A stretch of DNA of 63,731 nucleotides, the filler included, from Platydemus manokwari (lineage: Eukaryota): the NCBI GenBank assembly GCA_037951405.1. It is 6 parts of 6 records of this genome, joined end to end, with 100 filler letters (N's around TTAATTAATTAA, not from the genome) between each part and the next. Parts side by side here need not be neighbours in the genome. Positions count along the whole stretch, not along the records: positions 34,299 to 44,251 come from JBBMOY011185655.1; positions 44,352 to 53,714 come from JBBMOY011259541.1; positions 53,815 to 63,731 come from JBBMOY011189767.1; 3 more parts are not named here. One strand, written 5' to 3'. The position numbers and the translations under genes are program-made. Positions 41,398 to 53,865 of the stretch are shown here, piece by piece. The notes under the pieces were generated by a model, which did not search any database, had not been told where the DNA came from, and was given only the letters and a program-made list of their open reading frames with translations. How positions within the stretch are numbered: the first letter of the stretch is position 1; each line of letters opens with the position of its first letter.

Positions 41398-42698
41398 TCA
41401 GTTGTTTTCGTCTTTTGAATCTTGAAGACTTGACTCTCCACCATTTTCCGGATTTTCAACTGGCACTGATTCTTCTTGATTCTCACTGGTTTCCTAAAAT
41501 CATATTTTATTATAATTGATTTAAACAAAATATAAGAGAGGATAATAGTTAGTAGCAAATATATAAATATCATAAATGACACACCGCTAAATCAAGCGCA
41601 TTAAGAAAGATTGAAACAGCAATAAAATGGAAATATGAATACGCATGTTAGTATTGAATATGCTACTTGCTATGCTACAGTTGTTATCATCATTACCATA
41701 TTAGTTGTACTCAGATTAGTTTCCTGATGATCGGTCATTGTATCTTCTTGATCATTGGTTGTATCAACAGTAATTTCTGTATCAGCTGCCTCTGCAGCAG
41801 TCTCAATTAATGTAATTTCCTCCGTATTTGCATTGTCACCAACGACTTCATTATCCAAAACCAATGTCATATCATGAGTTATTTCCGTTCGTTCTGTTGA
41901 TTGTACTTCTCCATCATCTTTTACTTCTAATTCGGTTTCATGAATTTCCACTTTAATTTCTTCATTTAGTTCTGTACTATTAATAGTCATTTCAACGATG
42001 ACTTGTTCTTCTATTATTGTATTTTCTGCTTTCTCTTCTATTGTAATATTTTCAGTTTGTTCTTCAATTGTAGCAATTTCTACTCCTTCTTCTGTACTTT
42101 TCTCTTCGTGTTCGACTATTGTCGTCGTGACTGTGTGCTCTTCGATTATTACTTTGTCTGTATTATCTTCGATTTGTGATTCATCAGTTTGTTCTCCTAC
42201 TATCGATATTTCAGTGTGCTCTATTACGACTGCCTCAGTATTGTCTTCTGTTACTGTAACTTCTGTTTGTACTTCTACAATAGTTTCAGTAGTGATTATT
42301 TCATTTGCACTCTTTTCTTCTTCATCGACAATAGCCACATCATTTGTTTCAGAAATCTCTGTTTTCACATATTCAGTATGATCTTCATTGGTATCCACTA
42401 CCGTTACTACAGTATTTTCTTCAACAATAACAGTGCTTGCTTCATTGGTTTCATTCAAATGAATTTCAATAGAATCTTTAGATTCACCAGTCTCAACAAT
42501 TTCGATTGATTCTGACAAATCTCCACCAATTACTACCACGTCGGTACCATCAGTAGTGATAACCACTGTTTCCTCATTATTCACTTCTTTTACCTCAACA
42601 CTTTCACTTAACTCTAACAATTCGTTAACTTCGTCACTATTTTTCAGCGTATTTGAATCCTCTATTTGATCTTGATTTTGTTCTATAGCATCAGTTTC
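41398..42698 (-). CDS. Last two exons of a highly acidic, low-complexity (E/T/V/I-rich) protein of unknown function
   Basis: Exon 42698-41697 (334 codons, TTAG acceptor, GTAATG donor) splices in phase 0 to exon 41493-41398 (ETSENQEESVPVENPENGGESSLQDSKDENN*). A 1-kb stop-free frame in AT-rich DNA; upstream exons not identified. Confidence 0.85.
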
Positions 42699-44067
42699 CT
42701 AAGAAGATAAGAAATATAAACTTCATGAGTTGAAATAATATTTATCTCTTAATTTTAGTTATATTCGTTATCGTAATGTTTGTGGAGAATCTCAGTGACA
42801 AATTGTGATAACTGGATTTGTAATATTTAAAGGACAAGCTTTATTGATAATGAAAGATAAAATTTAATAGTTGTTGAGCTTGATAGAAAAAAATATTCCC
42901 TCCAAAGATTTTATCATATAACTGTAATGCTGTGTATATCAAACACTGCTCTTGTAATATTAATTGACATCCAAATGAATTACTTATCAGATTACTCTTC
43001 AATATTCTATTCAATTATATTCTATACTTGAAATTCTTAAAAGAAATTATCAAATTATTGAAGAATTGAAAGCATTAATAATAAAAGAGAAATGACAATG
43101 AAATAATCCAATCAATATTGATAAATTTCACAACAGAAATAAGGATAAATTAAACGAATTTAAACATTATTTTCACTTAATTTTATTTCCAAATTATTAT
43201 TAAATAAATAAATAAAATTTGTACTAGAAAACATGATTATATTATATAATTATCTAATTATATTATTTATTATTATTATATCATACACTTAAATTATTGA
43301 TTATTATTATATTATTGTATAATCGATTGTTAGTATATTATTCATTATTACTATATCATTATACATTTATATTATTGATTATTATTAAAATTATATTATT
43401 GATATTATTAAAAAAATCGTATTATTGGTCATTATTTGGCGAAATTGAAGATAGATTCATAATCAAAACTGAAACAAATACTCTAATAAAATGAAATCAG
43501 AACGTCAGTGAATTGTGAAAAAGTCAATGAGGGTTTTGAATTTGATTTTGCAATGGTAAATTCGAGTTATTGCTTGTGCGTCATGGTAAATATCATTACG
43601 ATTAGACAACATAAACGACACATTTGAACACGACATTCATTCATTTCACCTTTCATTACTTTCAATTCACTAATTCAATACACAAGACCTTTAAAATAAA
43701 ATTGATTTTAAAGTTTTTTCTTTCTATTCAGAGCAATTATCGACATGAACATCAATGCTTTTTCCGATTTTTATATATGGTTTTAATTGTACCTAATAAC
43801 ATTGTCATTATATATAAGGTGAAAGTTAAGAACAACCATGATTGATAAAAATTTGTACTAATTTTGTGTTACTTTGAATATTTAAAATTTAACGAATATT
43901 ATTCAGCCCTTATCGAATAAAATATTAAACATTTCTTTACGAAATATAAATTATTAGCAAGTCCAACAAGTAGTCCACGGACAAACCGATGCTGTAATCA
44001 ATTCTAATCATAAAAGATTAGAAAAGCGAAAACTTTATTAAACCTTTAACTGGCTAACCAATAGGAG

Positions 44068-44135
44068 ATGAGTAAGAATTCTATATCACCACATCATCTT
44101 TACAAGCTCAAAAAGAAAAGGTTGCCATCACTTAT
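44068..44135 (+). CDS. Candidate coding exon MSKNSISPHHLYKLKKKRLPSL (gene assignment uncertain)
   Basis: CTAAC branch-like site, TAG acceptor at 44064 and GTGAGT donor. Its phase (2) matches the PP2C exon at 44705, but an artificial spacer lies between them. Confidence 0.35.
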
Positions 44136-44704
44136 GTGAGTAAAATTTAAAGGAACAAATATAATAATAATTTAATTAAAAAATTTAAATAATAATTTTA
44201 ACGATTTAATAATAATTTAAAAAATTTAAAAAAACATTTTTAAATTTTATTNNNNNNNNNNNNNNNNNNNNNNNNNNNNNNNNNNNNNNNNNNNNTTAAT
44301 TAATTAANNNNNNNNNNNNNNNNNNNNNNNNNNNNNNNNNNNNNNNNNNNNATTTAGAAAATAAAAATATGTTTATTATATTAATGGTTTTCGGTCAATG
44401 AACTTTAAAATATCATACATATAATACATAAAGAATGTTATTGTTTTTTATAAATAATTAAAAATTGCGTTAAAGAAAAATCTATTGTTTTAGTTAATAA
44501 ATATTTTTATTATTATGATAGATATTTTTAAAATATAATTTATTAGAAATTATTGAAAACTTTTGAATTTGATCATACTTGAAGTCTAATAATTGATTTA
44601 AATATTGATAAATAATTAATTTTTAAGTAGTAGTGAGTAATTTTTATGACTATAATAAGATTTCCTAAGAATTTTGTAAATAATTTATGTCAATTTAACT
44701 CTAG

Positions 44705-45133
44705 ATATTTTTCTAATGTTAATTATGAGACATTAGGTTCCTGGGGAAATAAGTTATCACTACCAGTTAATATTGAACAAAGTGTAAAGCAGGTAATTTA
44801 TTACATATATTTATCAGTAAGATAAATATTTTATCGAGGGATTTTTGATACCACGAATAGGATTGGAATATGCTGGTACATCAACGTTACAAGGCAGACG
44901 CACAATCAATGAAGATCGAATATTATTACAACAAATTACAAAAAATATTTTACTGTTGGGAATGTTTGATGGCCATGGATCTTCTTGTGCAGCGGATTTT
45001 GCTCAGTATTACATGGAAGATTGTATAAAATTTTGGTTATTGAAAAAGCATAAAGATCTACAGACTGTTCTCAGTAATAGTTTTCACGATTGTAATAATT
45101 TAATGGCACATCATATATTCTTTTATGGATCCG
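44705..45133 (+). CDS. PPM1K: PP2C-family phosphatase, PPM1K/PP2Cm-like, two internal exons
   Basis: Exons 44705-44792 and 44839-45133: YETLGSWGNKLSLPVNIEQSVKQGFLIPRIGLEYAGTSTLQGRRTINEDR...GMFDGHGSSCAADF. NEDR and DGHG are PP2C motifs; the W-N...P...S.K.G..IP.I.L segment is PPM1K-like. Later exons not found in the segment. Confidence 0.85.
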
Positions 45134-45829
45134 GTATGATATTTTCATTTGAATAAATTAAATTGATGTTATTAGTCAAGATTAGAACGAATGAAAAAAA
45201 CTAAATATTTTCATATTTTGCCTTTTTTAAAATTTATTGTGATTTTTATTAAATTTTTGTATTATTTTATTTAATCTTTGTTATTCTGCCAAGAATCTTC
45301 TGAAATCTCTAAATTAATTAGTGCAACTTTCGACAAAGTTTACTTATACATGAAACTACAGCTAAAACGTAGTATTTTACTATTAGATTGATTTTTTCTT
45401 TGCCGTAATCATCATTCATCATTTAAAAATCCAATATTTTCATCATTAAAAATGAAAAATTGTGCAAAGTACTTTGGCTTGTTTTCATTGGTTGGCCAAG
45501 AATATTTATCTTGTGTTGATTTTATTTCCGTTTTTTTGCTGAAATTTGATTTGTGATTGACAAAAATCGATTTTACCTGCATTTATTTTTTCTTTGGATT
45601 TTTATTTGATGAAACAAATTTGTTATATTTTGAAACTTCTTGTTTTTATCCTTGTATTAAGTTTAATATTTTTTTATATTAAAAACTTATAAAGCAATTA
45701 TAAATATCGCTCAGATTTTTAAATATTTTAGGTCTGTGGCCCATTTTCATCTGAAGCTTGTTAAAAACAGTACTTTTGTGAGAGAACCGAAGCTAACGTT
45801 TACGTCAAATATCATTTGATAGTGTTCAG

Positions 45830-46330
45830 GATTTAACCGTTTTGATTTACATTTCGGTGCAAAATGTCTCCTGTGATCATCTTACTGAAATAAATAATCA
45901 CCTACCTTCTAAATTAAGTGGAGAAGCAAAATAATTTGAAGAAAACTTTTTCTTTACTCTTGACGAGTTTGGTTCGTGAGTTCTTTGAATTTTCATAGAA
46001 GAAATCATCAAACATATTAGATTGAAATAGAAATCATTGTTATCAGATGGTTCTCTTGTAAAAATGCTTAAGGGTTTTTCATCATAAGCTATTTCTTCAC
46101 CATTGCCTTGCTCTTCGTCTATTTTACAATTGAACTCTAGAGATAAAAATAAATTTCCAGGAACTTGATGAGGTCATTGTAAGGGTAAATGTTGACACAG
46201 TCAAAAATGAAATGCATAAAACAGATTTTGTAATGATTGGAAAAACCTCCATAGTGTTCGCTTTCTAAATGTATTTGCAATAGTCAATTCTTGCAGTGAC
46301 TCTATTATGATCGTTAAAGAAACTGTGAGA
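45830..46330 (-). mobile_element. Possible degraded gag remnant
   Basis: HFAPKCKSK on the minus strand near 45840-45870 resembles the end of a CCHC zinc knuckle. Confidence 0.25.
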
Positions 46331-46919
46331 TTATAAGGAAACAGCTAAGAATAATTTATTTTGTGCTATTCAAATATTGTCTTCATAATTCAACAATTCG
46401 AGTCTTCAGATTTCCTAATAGCGAACGCATATATGTCTGCACAGTATAGATTTTCACCTAATCTATATCAAATTAAAATATTGGAGAAAAATGATATCTT
46501 GCCAATGTTAGTAGCCGCTACTTCACTTGTTACTGATGTTTCATCAAAAGAACTCATGATTAGGATTTTCTCAAATTTATTTAATAAACAAATGAAACAT
46601 TTTTCAAACAAATTTATGGATAACTTTTGCTTTTATTTTTTATCTCGATCAGGATTATATATATATAAATATTTATTTTAAAAATCAAGTATAAATTAAA
46701 TTTTAATTATAAAATTTTAAAACATTTTATATAAAGATATTAAATTTTATAATTTATTAAATTCTTTTAAATCGTAATTTAAAAGTTGTTATTTTTAATT
46801 ATTTTAATTAAACCTCATAGTACGCTTCCAAACTTGTCAAATCCTCTTATATAACACATTTTAAATAAATAATTCAATTCGATCGAGGACAATTATACAC
46901 GGTTTGTGAATTATCAAGG

Positions 46920-47959
46920 AGCTAAACCAAACCGAATGTTAGCAAAAGCAGATACAGTTATTACGAATCGCAGACCAGAAAAGGCAAGAACAAACCAATA
47001 GTCGATTGTAAAGTTGAAGATGAGAAAGTGAAGATACTGTTTGACACAGGAGCTGAGCTTAATGTAATCAGCGAAGATTTAGTCAATAGACTAAAGAAAA
47101 AGGACTATTCAATCAAAATGAGGAGATCTCTTAACATAATTGGATATGAAAATGGATCTATAATAAAACCTTCAGGACAGGTTCATTTAAGAGTTGTAAT
47201 TTTCGCAAAATAATTATTTCAATATTTTGATGTAGTGCCAGAACTATTCCCAGAAAGTTTCATTGGAATACGTTATACAGAGAAGTATGTAATTGCGGTT
47301 GTACCAAGTAAGGATTACATACAGATAAAAGGGATTGAGATACCTTTTGTCTCTAAAACCCAGATAGAATCTTTCAACGGTTAAAGGTTTAGTTCAAGGG
47401 TCGAATGCGACGGAAGTAAAAGAGAAGATCCAGAATAATAAGCGAGTAATATTAACGAGTGATGCGCTGCAGGGTAGATAGTGATTACTTTGTAAAAGCT
47501 ATGGTTGGTGACGAAAATAGCAGAAAAGTGTATAGTTCCTGAAGATAAGAAAAATATTCAGAGCGTTCTATCGAAATACAGAAATAGTTTTAGTACAGTT
47601 CCAGCGACTTAGAAAAAAGCGAGATCGTGAAGCATAATAAACAAATATTGATCAACAAATAGCTGTCAAACCTCGTAGAATTCCATTGGACTTAGAAGAA
47701 TAAGTTAAACATCAAAGAGATGAAATTTTGGAATCAAACGTTATTAGGCATAAAATTTTCCAATAGTGCTAGTCAAGGAAAGGATAGAACGACTAGAATG
47801 TGTGTAGATTATAGGAAGCTAAGTGTAGCTACGTCCAAGGCAATTTTTCCAAAACTAAATTCCGAAGAAATATTCGATGCTGTACAAGTAGCCAGATATT
47901 TTTCAACAATAGATTTGGCAAACACATATCATGAAGTTAAATTGATTTATAGCAGTTGA
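46920..47959 (+). mobile_element. Degraded Ty3/Gypsy protease and RT N-terminal half
   Basis: KILFDTGAELNVISE (retropepsin) and RMCVDYRKLS...YFSTIDLANTYHEV (RT). Frameshifted and truncated. Confidence 0.9.
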
Positions 47960-48839
47960 CATTCATCAAGCACCACCAGTTATATAATCTAAATAAGCTA
48001 TAATTGTTACGCAATACTACGAAAAATAGTAAAACACCTCCAGATTTTTTAATTCATTCAAACGAGCCACTTGAATATTTATATTAACATATTTTCGAAA
48101 AATAATCCATGAGAATAATAGTATAATAATTTAAAATCCGGTTTACAAATATCTACACGAAATAATGGTTGGCAGTTTGGAATATTTGTATGCAAATATT
48201 GAGATTATTGTTTTGTAGTAATAGTATAAAATTTATTAAATTTTACNNNNNNNNNNNNNNNNNNNNNNNNNNNNNNNNNNNNNNNNNNNNNNNNNNNNNN
48301 NNNNNNNNNNNNNNNNNNNNNNNNNNNNNNNNNNNNNNNNNNNNNNNNNNNNNNNNNNNNNNNNNNNNNNNNNNNNNNNNNNNNNNNNNNNNNNNNNNNN
48401 NNNNNNNNNNNNNNNNNNNNNNNNNNNNNNNTTATTTTGATCAAATGTTAACCTTCAACGCAATGGTTTTGGGAAAGATATGGGTGAGCTTGATAGCCTT
48501 GCCAATTAATAGATTTTTTTGGGAATAGATTGATTGAAGGATTATATTTGTGGAGAGAATGCTATATGAGTGATTTTGATAGAGTCCTTCCTCAACACAT
48601 AAATAAGTCAATCCAAACCAGTGTCATTATTGATTGATAATTTGTGATTATTCTGTTAATTTCTGGTTCAGATTTAACTCATTCAATATCTGATCTTCTT
48701 TATTATCTGAATTTTAAAATGGCTACCGAGCTAGAATTATTTTAAGTAGATAATCATTTTAGAATTCGGAAAATATCGAAAGATTTCAATCATACTGGAT
48801 ATCCATACATAGATGTACATACATAGATTCTCTGATTAT

Positions 48840-50300
48840 AAAACTATGAATTGGATTCTGTCCATTTAAAAACGATATAATGTAAGTGTTGTGCATGTTG
48901 AGGTTTAATAATCCGATATAATTGCGAAAAGTGCGACGATAATTCTTAATATTATAATGGGATCATTCAATTTTCAATCAACATATCACCAATTTAGCGT
49001 GTAAGTTGTGTTAAATGGGAACTAAAGTTCAATTACAGTCTTGACCAGACGATATGATCCTGATTAGATTGAGTAAGAGAATTATGATTTATTAGATTCA
49101 TAGGACTATAAAACCGGTTCATCTATTTTGATTGACATTTGGAATTGACAACGATTCTATCATCCAATCTTCAATATCATAATAAACTGAATGAAAATTT
49201 TAAAACATCATTGACATTATCTATTAAATCATAAAACATGATATTGATAATAGTTTGTTTACATAATGGTTAACTCCTTCCTTATACTCGGCATTTATTA
49301 TTGGCCAATGAAAGTTATGAAAATAATCTAATAAATACAAGATATTATTTTTGAAATATCTATTGATCAGCTAACATAGGAATATTATTACTGCTTTATT
49401 TATTAGCCTTTCCTCAAACAACCGATGCCTTCATTTTCTCTGATTATAGAGATACTTTAATATTAAATATCAATTTGCAACTTTACTTCTTTACTCTTTC
49501 ATGTTATAATTTTATCGCTAAGTGATCCGTTTTGGCAGTTATTTACAAATCTCTGTTTTCTGTTATTGTTGAGTTTTAATCAGACATTCTCGGCATTCGG
49601 TTAAAATAAATAAAAATATGAATTGCAATCATGAGTTCGGAGTAAAAAAAATTTTTGTTACTTGAACTGAGACTGCCTTAACACATTATCATTGCTACGA
49701 TAACATTACCGCATTTACATCTCTTATCAACGATATTGAATATCATTTACCAGAACATTTGGTCTCAATCAAAATGTTCAAGTTCATTTATCCAGTAAAT
49801 AGTATCATGGTTTTGATATCACACTGTAACTTTTGTTAGATCTTTACATAAGCACAACATATATTGACAATGACCCAAGGTTTCATTACAGTTGGTTATG
49901 AAAATATTCAATCTAACAGATTCTAATGAGATTATTTGATTTATTTAATGAACATCTAAATTGTATTTTTAGAATTCTTCATTTATTATTTCTCTCTGAG
50001 CGTTTATTATTCTTGATATTTTCTTTCTGAAAGTATTACTTGCTAACCTATAACTAAAAATACTTGTATGTAAATTTGAAGTGCAGACAAGTGTATCATT
50101 TTGAATTTTATAAACCCCCTTAGTTGCAATGACGTTGCAAGTAGTTGCAATTTATAGGCTTTAAAGGATTTATTTGGGATACAGATAGATTTCTACTCTC
50201 AACTCACTGCTTTCAGCATTAATATGATTGATTCATTAAATATCATTAGATCTTCCCGACTCCAGGATAGAGTTCAAAACAATCAAAACAGTATTTACTT
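48840..50300 (+). mobile_element. Highly degraded LINE (APE endonuclease, possible RT) remnant
   Basis: NIIMGSFNF (GDFN-like) at about 48950 followed by SSILIDI; the rest is too decayed to assign. Confidence 0.35.
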
Positions 50301-51299
50301 CACATATTTTAAAATTACATCAAAATATGATTTGATTTCTGAAGACAAATTGTAACACATGAATTTCATTAATCGATTGTAATCATATTTACTTTATATA
50401 TTTCCCGTCTTTGAGTCTGTTTACGATTTAGGCCTAATAATGACCACTGACTTAACAAAGTATTTTTCAACTCCATGCTACGTAATAATATAGAAATTAT
50501 TAGATCGCTGCTAACAGAATATTGATTATCTAAAATGAACTGAGACATGACCATAAAAAATATATTATGATGAATAACGCAAATACAATAAATACAACGA
50601 TAAAAATAAAATTGAATTTAGGATCGACAATTCGAAAGTTCAAGTTTCCTACGTTAACTGGAGGTGAAACCGTTTCAAGTTGGTGATGTATATAAAAATA
50701 TTCTGCTGATTTTAGACAAATGACGATAATTATGGGATTTACTTTGTCAAATGATCAATGGATTTCTCGGGTGGTAAAATAGTTCGAAAAAATAAATATA
50801 TTCGGCTATCGACCTCCAATTTCTTGAATAATCAAATATACAATGAATACTGACAGTTAGTTTCGGTTCGCATTATAATCAAATTCTGAATAAGCTGTTT
50901 TTTCTAGTTGTTTCCATTGTTATTATACTATGAGCCTTATCTATGAGTTGCCATAGTTTTTATGCTCTGACTAATTTGCTGTCTAACTGTTGGTTTAATT
51001 TCGTGGATTGAAGTTGTAATTGTGTTTTGATTTATTTTTTATTGGATTTTACTGAATGGTTTTTGATTGTTAGATTCATTTTAATGTCGTAATATTATTT
51101 TCTGTTTATCTCTAAACTTAAATGGGATTTATATTTAATAAACAAATATTCTTCTGTTCTCAATATTTAAGCACTTTAATGAGTCACAATATTCATAAAA
51201 TAAGTTCATTAACTTAACAGCAAAATATTCTTTTAAATTGTGCGAAAAATAATATAGTTACGATGTTATTTTATACGCATTATTAGCATGGTTATTGTT

Positions 51300-53630
51300 T
51301 GTTAAAATTTAATTTATGAAATTTAAAATTAAAATTTGTTAAAAATAAATTTTATATTAATTGAAAGTTGAATTTTTAAAGCAGGTTAAAAATAATAGAA
51401 TATCTGTTTGGAAAATATGTAATATAAAAATATTTTTTTTGCACTTTAAAAATTATGACTTTTGAATCCAACATAAAAAACGAAGAAGTGTTAGCAACTA
51501 ACATGGCGACCACGCACGTGGATGCGATCCTAGGTTCGCTGTTGCCGGACAGATTCAATATGGGGTATATCGTCGAATACTTTATTAAATAGTGTAATCG
51601 ATATTTCGAGACTGGGAAAATCCCAAAGCACGTCCAATAAACTATCGTATTAGCGCGATTGGACGACGGCTTGATCGAGCAATTTGAGGAGACAGACGCC
51701 AATAAGGAGTACAAGGATACACTGAGAAAGACGTTTGGCAAAAAGAAATTCTTCGCTCAGTATTGGATGAAGGCTCTGAGGTTCAGAAGGAAGGCCGCTG
51801 GTGGAATACATATTGTCTCACAACATAACTTAAAAGGAGTTAACGACTTTCCTCTTGGTGCATTGTGCAGATGAATACGTTATATGAGGAAGAATGAAAA
51901 TTCGATCGTACCAAGTAAGGATTGCATTAAGATAAAATGAACTGAGATACCCCGATGGAACATTTAAACTGTTAGAGGTCGGGTTCGAAGGAGCCGTGCT
52001 TCCCCAATTATATAATGGTGAACAACGAGTGATAGCGTATGCATCAAGAATATTGACAAAAGCGCGGTGTAAATATTTTATAACAAGAAAAGAGTTCATA
52101 ACTATCTATTTGTTTATTAAAAAACATTATACAAGATCTATATGGTAAGAAATTTATTGTCAGAAATGATCATGTAACTATGAAGTGGTTGTAGAATTGG
52201 GATTTTCCAAATACATCACAATATTGTATATAGGAAGCAGATCTAGAAATATTTGAAATGGAAATAGAAAATAGAAAAGGTAAAGAATACATATCACGAT
52301 TTCCATATTGTGAAAGCATCAAAACCTGCAACAAACGTAATATAAAGATGGAGTATGAAATAAGCAATGTATCGTGTAATTAAGATGAGAAAGTTTTGTG
52401 TCAACTAGAAAGAGACAAGTTTTTAGATCAGAATAAAGATCAAGAATTGAAAATTGTGATAAATGCTTATTCTCAGCTGGATGTGTCATAGATTAAAAAA
52501 TTTTCGTTACAAAAACATTTGGAAAAAGGAGTACTTGAAAGTTAGAAGTGATGCATTATACTAAAGGAAAATGGAATTTATCGGTATATAGTACCCCAAT
52601 GTAATATAAAGACGTGTGTTCAAATGATCCAAGAAAAATTAGGACATGTAGGGATAGAGAAAACAACCGGAGTTGTTGAAAACGAATTTAATTGGACGGG
52701 ATGGAAAAAAGGTATTTACGAATAAATACATTCGTTTATTGAATGTTCATCAACTAAGGATATTGATGGAAGAAACAGAGCTAAATTTCAATCAATAATC
52801 ACGAATATACCGTTTTAACTTGTTCTTATCGATATTGCAGGACCATATCCTGAAACGAAGCAAGGAAACCCGTTTATAGTATGTATCATAGATTATTTTT
52901 CTAAATATGAATCGCTTATTTCATTAAAGTATATCGCTACAGAAAATGTAGACAAGGCATTTTGGAAAGAGTGGATAAGAAAATTTGGAGCTCCGGAAGT
53001 ATCCATATTGACAACGGAACAACTTTTCAATCCACATTAATATCCGAATTATGTTTTAATGTGGAAAGAGAAAATTTTCTTCCCCATATTATCCACAGTC
53101 AAATGGACTAATTGAGAGAACTTTTAAGAGAATGAAAACCATGATTACAGCATCATTGAAGAATAATTCATGCTGGGATGACGCAATAATACATGTTGAA
53201 TATAGATTACGGATGTCACCTCACAAATCAGTGAAGTATTCGCTATTCGAAGTTCTTTTTGGTAGAAGACCGCAGCTTTTTATTAATGAGGCAAGACCAT
53301 ATAAAGAAAAACTAAGGAACAGTTTATGAATCATCATAGGAAAATGTTTGAAGAAGTACAAAATTATAATAAGAAACAGATTGTAAAACAAGCAGTATAC
53401 TATAACCGAGGGAAATATCCCCACGAATTATCAGTTGATGATATAGTAATGGTTAAAAGTCTGTTTTAGAAACCTTTTGGTAAAACATTTGTAGGCCCAT
53501 TCAAGGTTTTAGAGAAAATGCAATGACATATAAGCTTTATAGTTAGAAGTTGAATAAAATTGAAGAGCCCACCAATTGAATATAATTAATGAAAAGAAAT
53601 AAGAAAAATTGATTGATTAAAAAGAAGGGG
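51300..53630 (+). mobile_element. Internally deleted, degraded Ty3/Gypsy element (5' LTR, PBS, gag start, RNase H, integrase, PPT)
   Basis: ...ACTAACA|TGGCGACCACG at 51504; gag-like MATTHVDAILGSLLPDRF; RNase H VIAYASRILTKA...TRKE; integrase LGHVG, IDIAGPYPETKQGN, IDYFSKY, SPYYPQSNGLIER, FVGPFKV; purine tract AAAAAGAAGGGG at 53619-53630. Protease and RT are absent here. LTR start approximate. Confidence 0.9.
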
Positions 53631-53821
53631 ATCAAAGGAGTTTGAATTGCAATGATTTAAATGTGAAATTATATCAATAAAACTAAAATAGAATATTAGC
53701 TATTAAAATAAAATNNNNNNNNNNNNNNNNNNNNNNNNNNNNNNNNNNNNNNNNNNNNTTAATTAATTAANNNNNNNNNNNNNNNNNNNNNNNNNNNNNN
53801 NNNNNNNNNNNNNNAAATCAC

Positions 53822-53865
53822 CCCTTTTTGATCCCACCAGATGCACAACATAAGTTTTGACCCAT
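53822..53865 (-). CDS. Candidate first coding exon MGQNLCCASGGIKK(G), dual-acylation-type N-terminus, truncated by a spacer
   Basis: ATG at 53865, upstream TTTTTCAATTCAG acceptor at about 53959, GTGATT donor at 53821; Gly2 plus Cys6-Cys7. Confidence 0.45.

Noticed and set aside
41998-42509. Plus-strand ORFs of 127 and 106 aa
   Set aside because: Antisense shadows of the codon-biased acidic exon.
46920-53630. One Gypsy element with protease-RT placed before gag
   Set aside because: The pieces are about 3.5 kb apart, with an N gap and a LINE remnant between them; separate decayed insertions are the simpler explanation.
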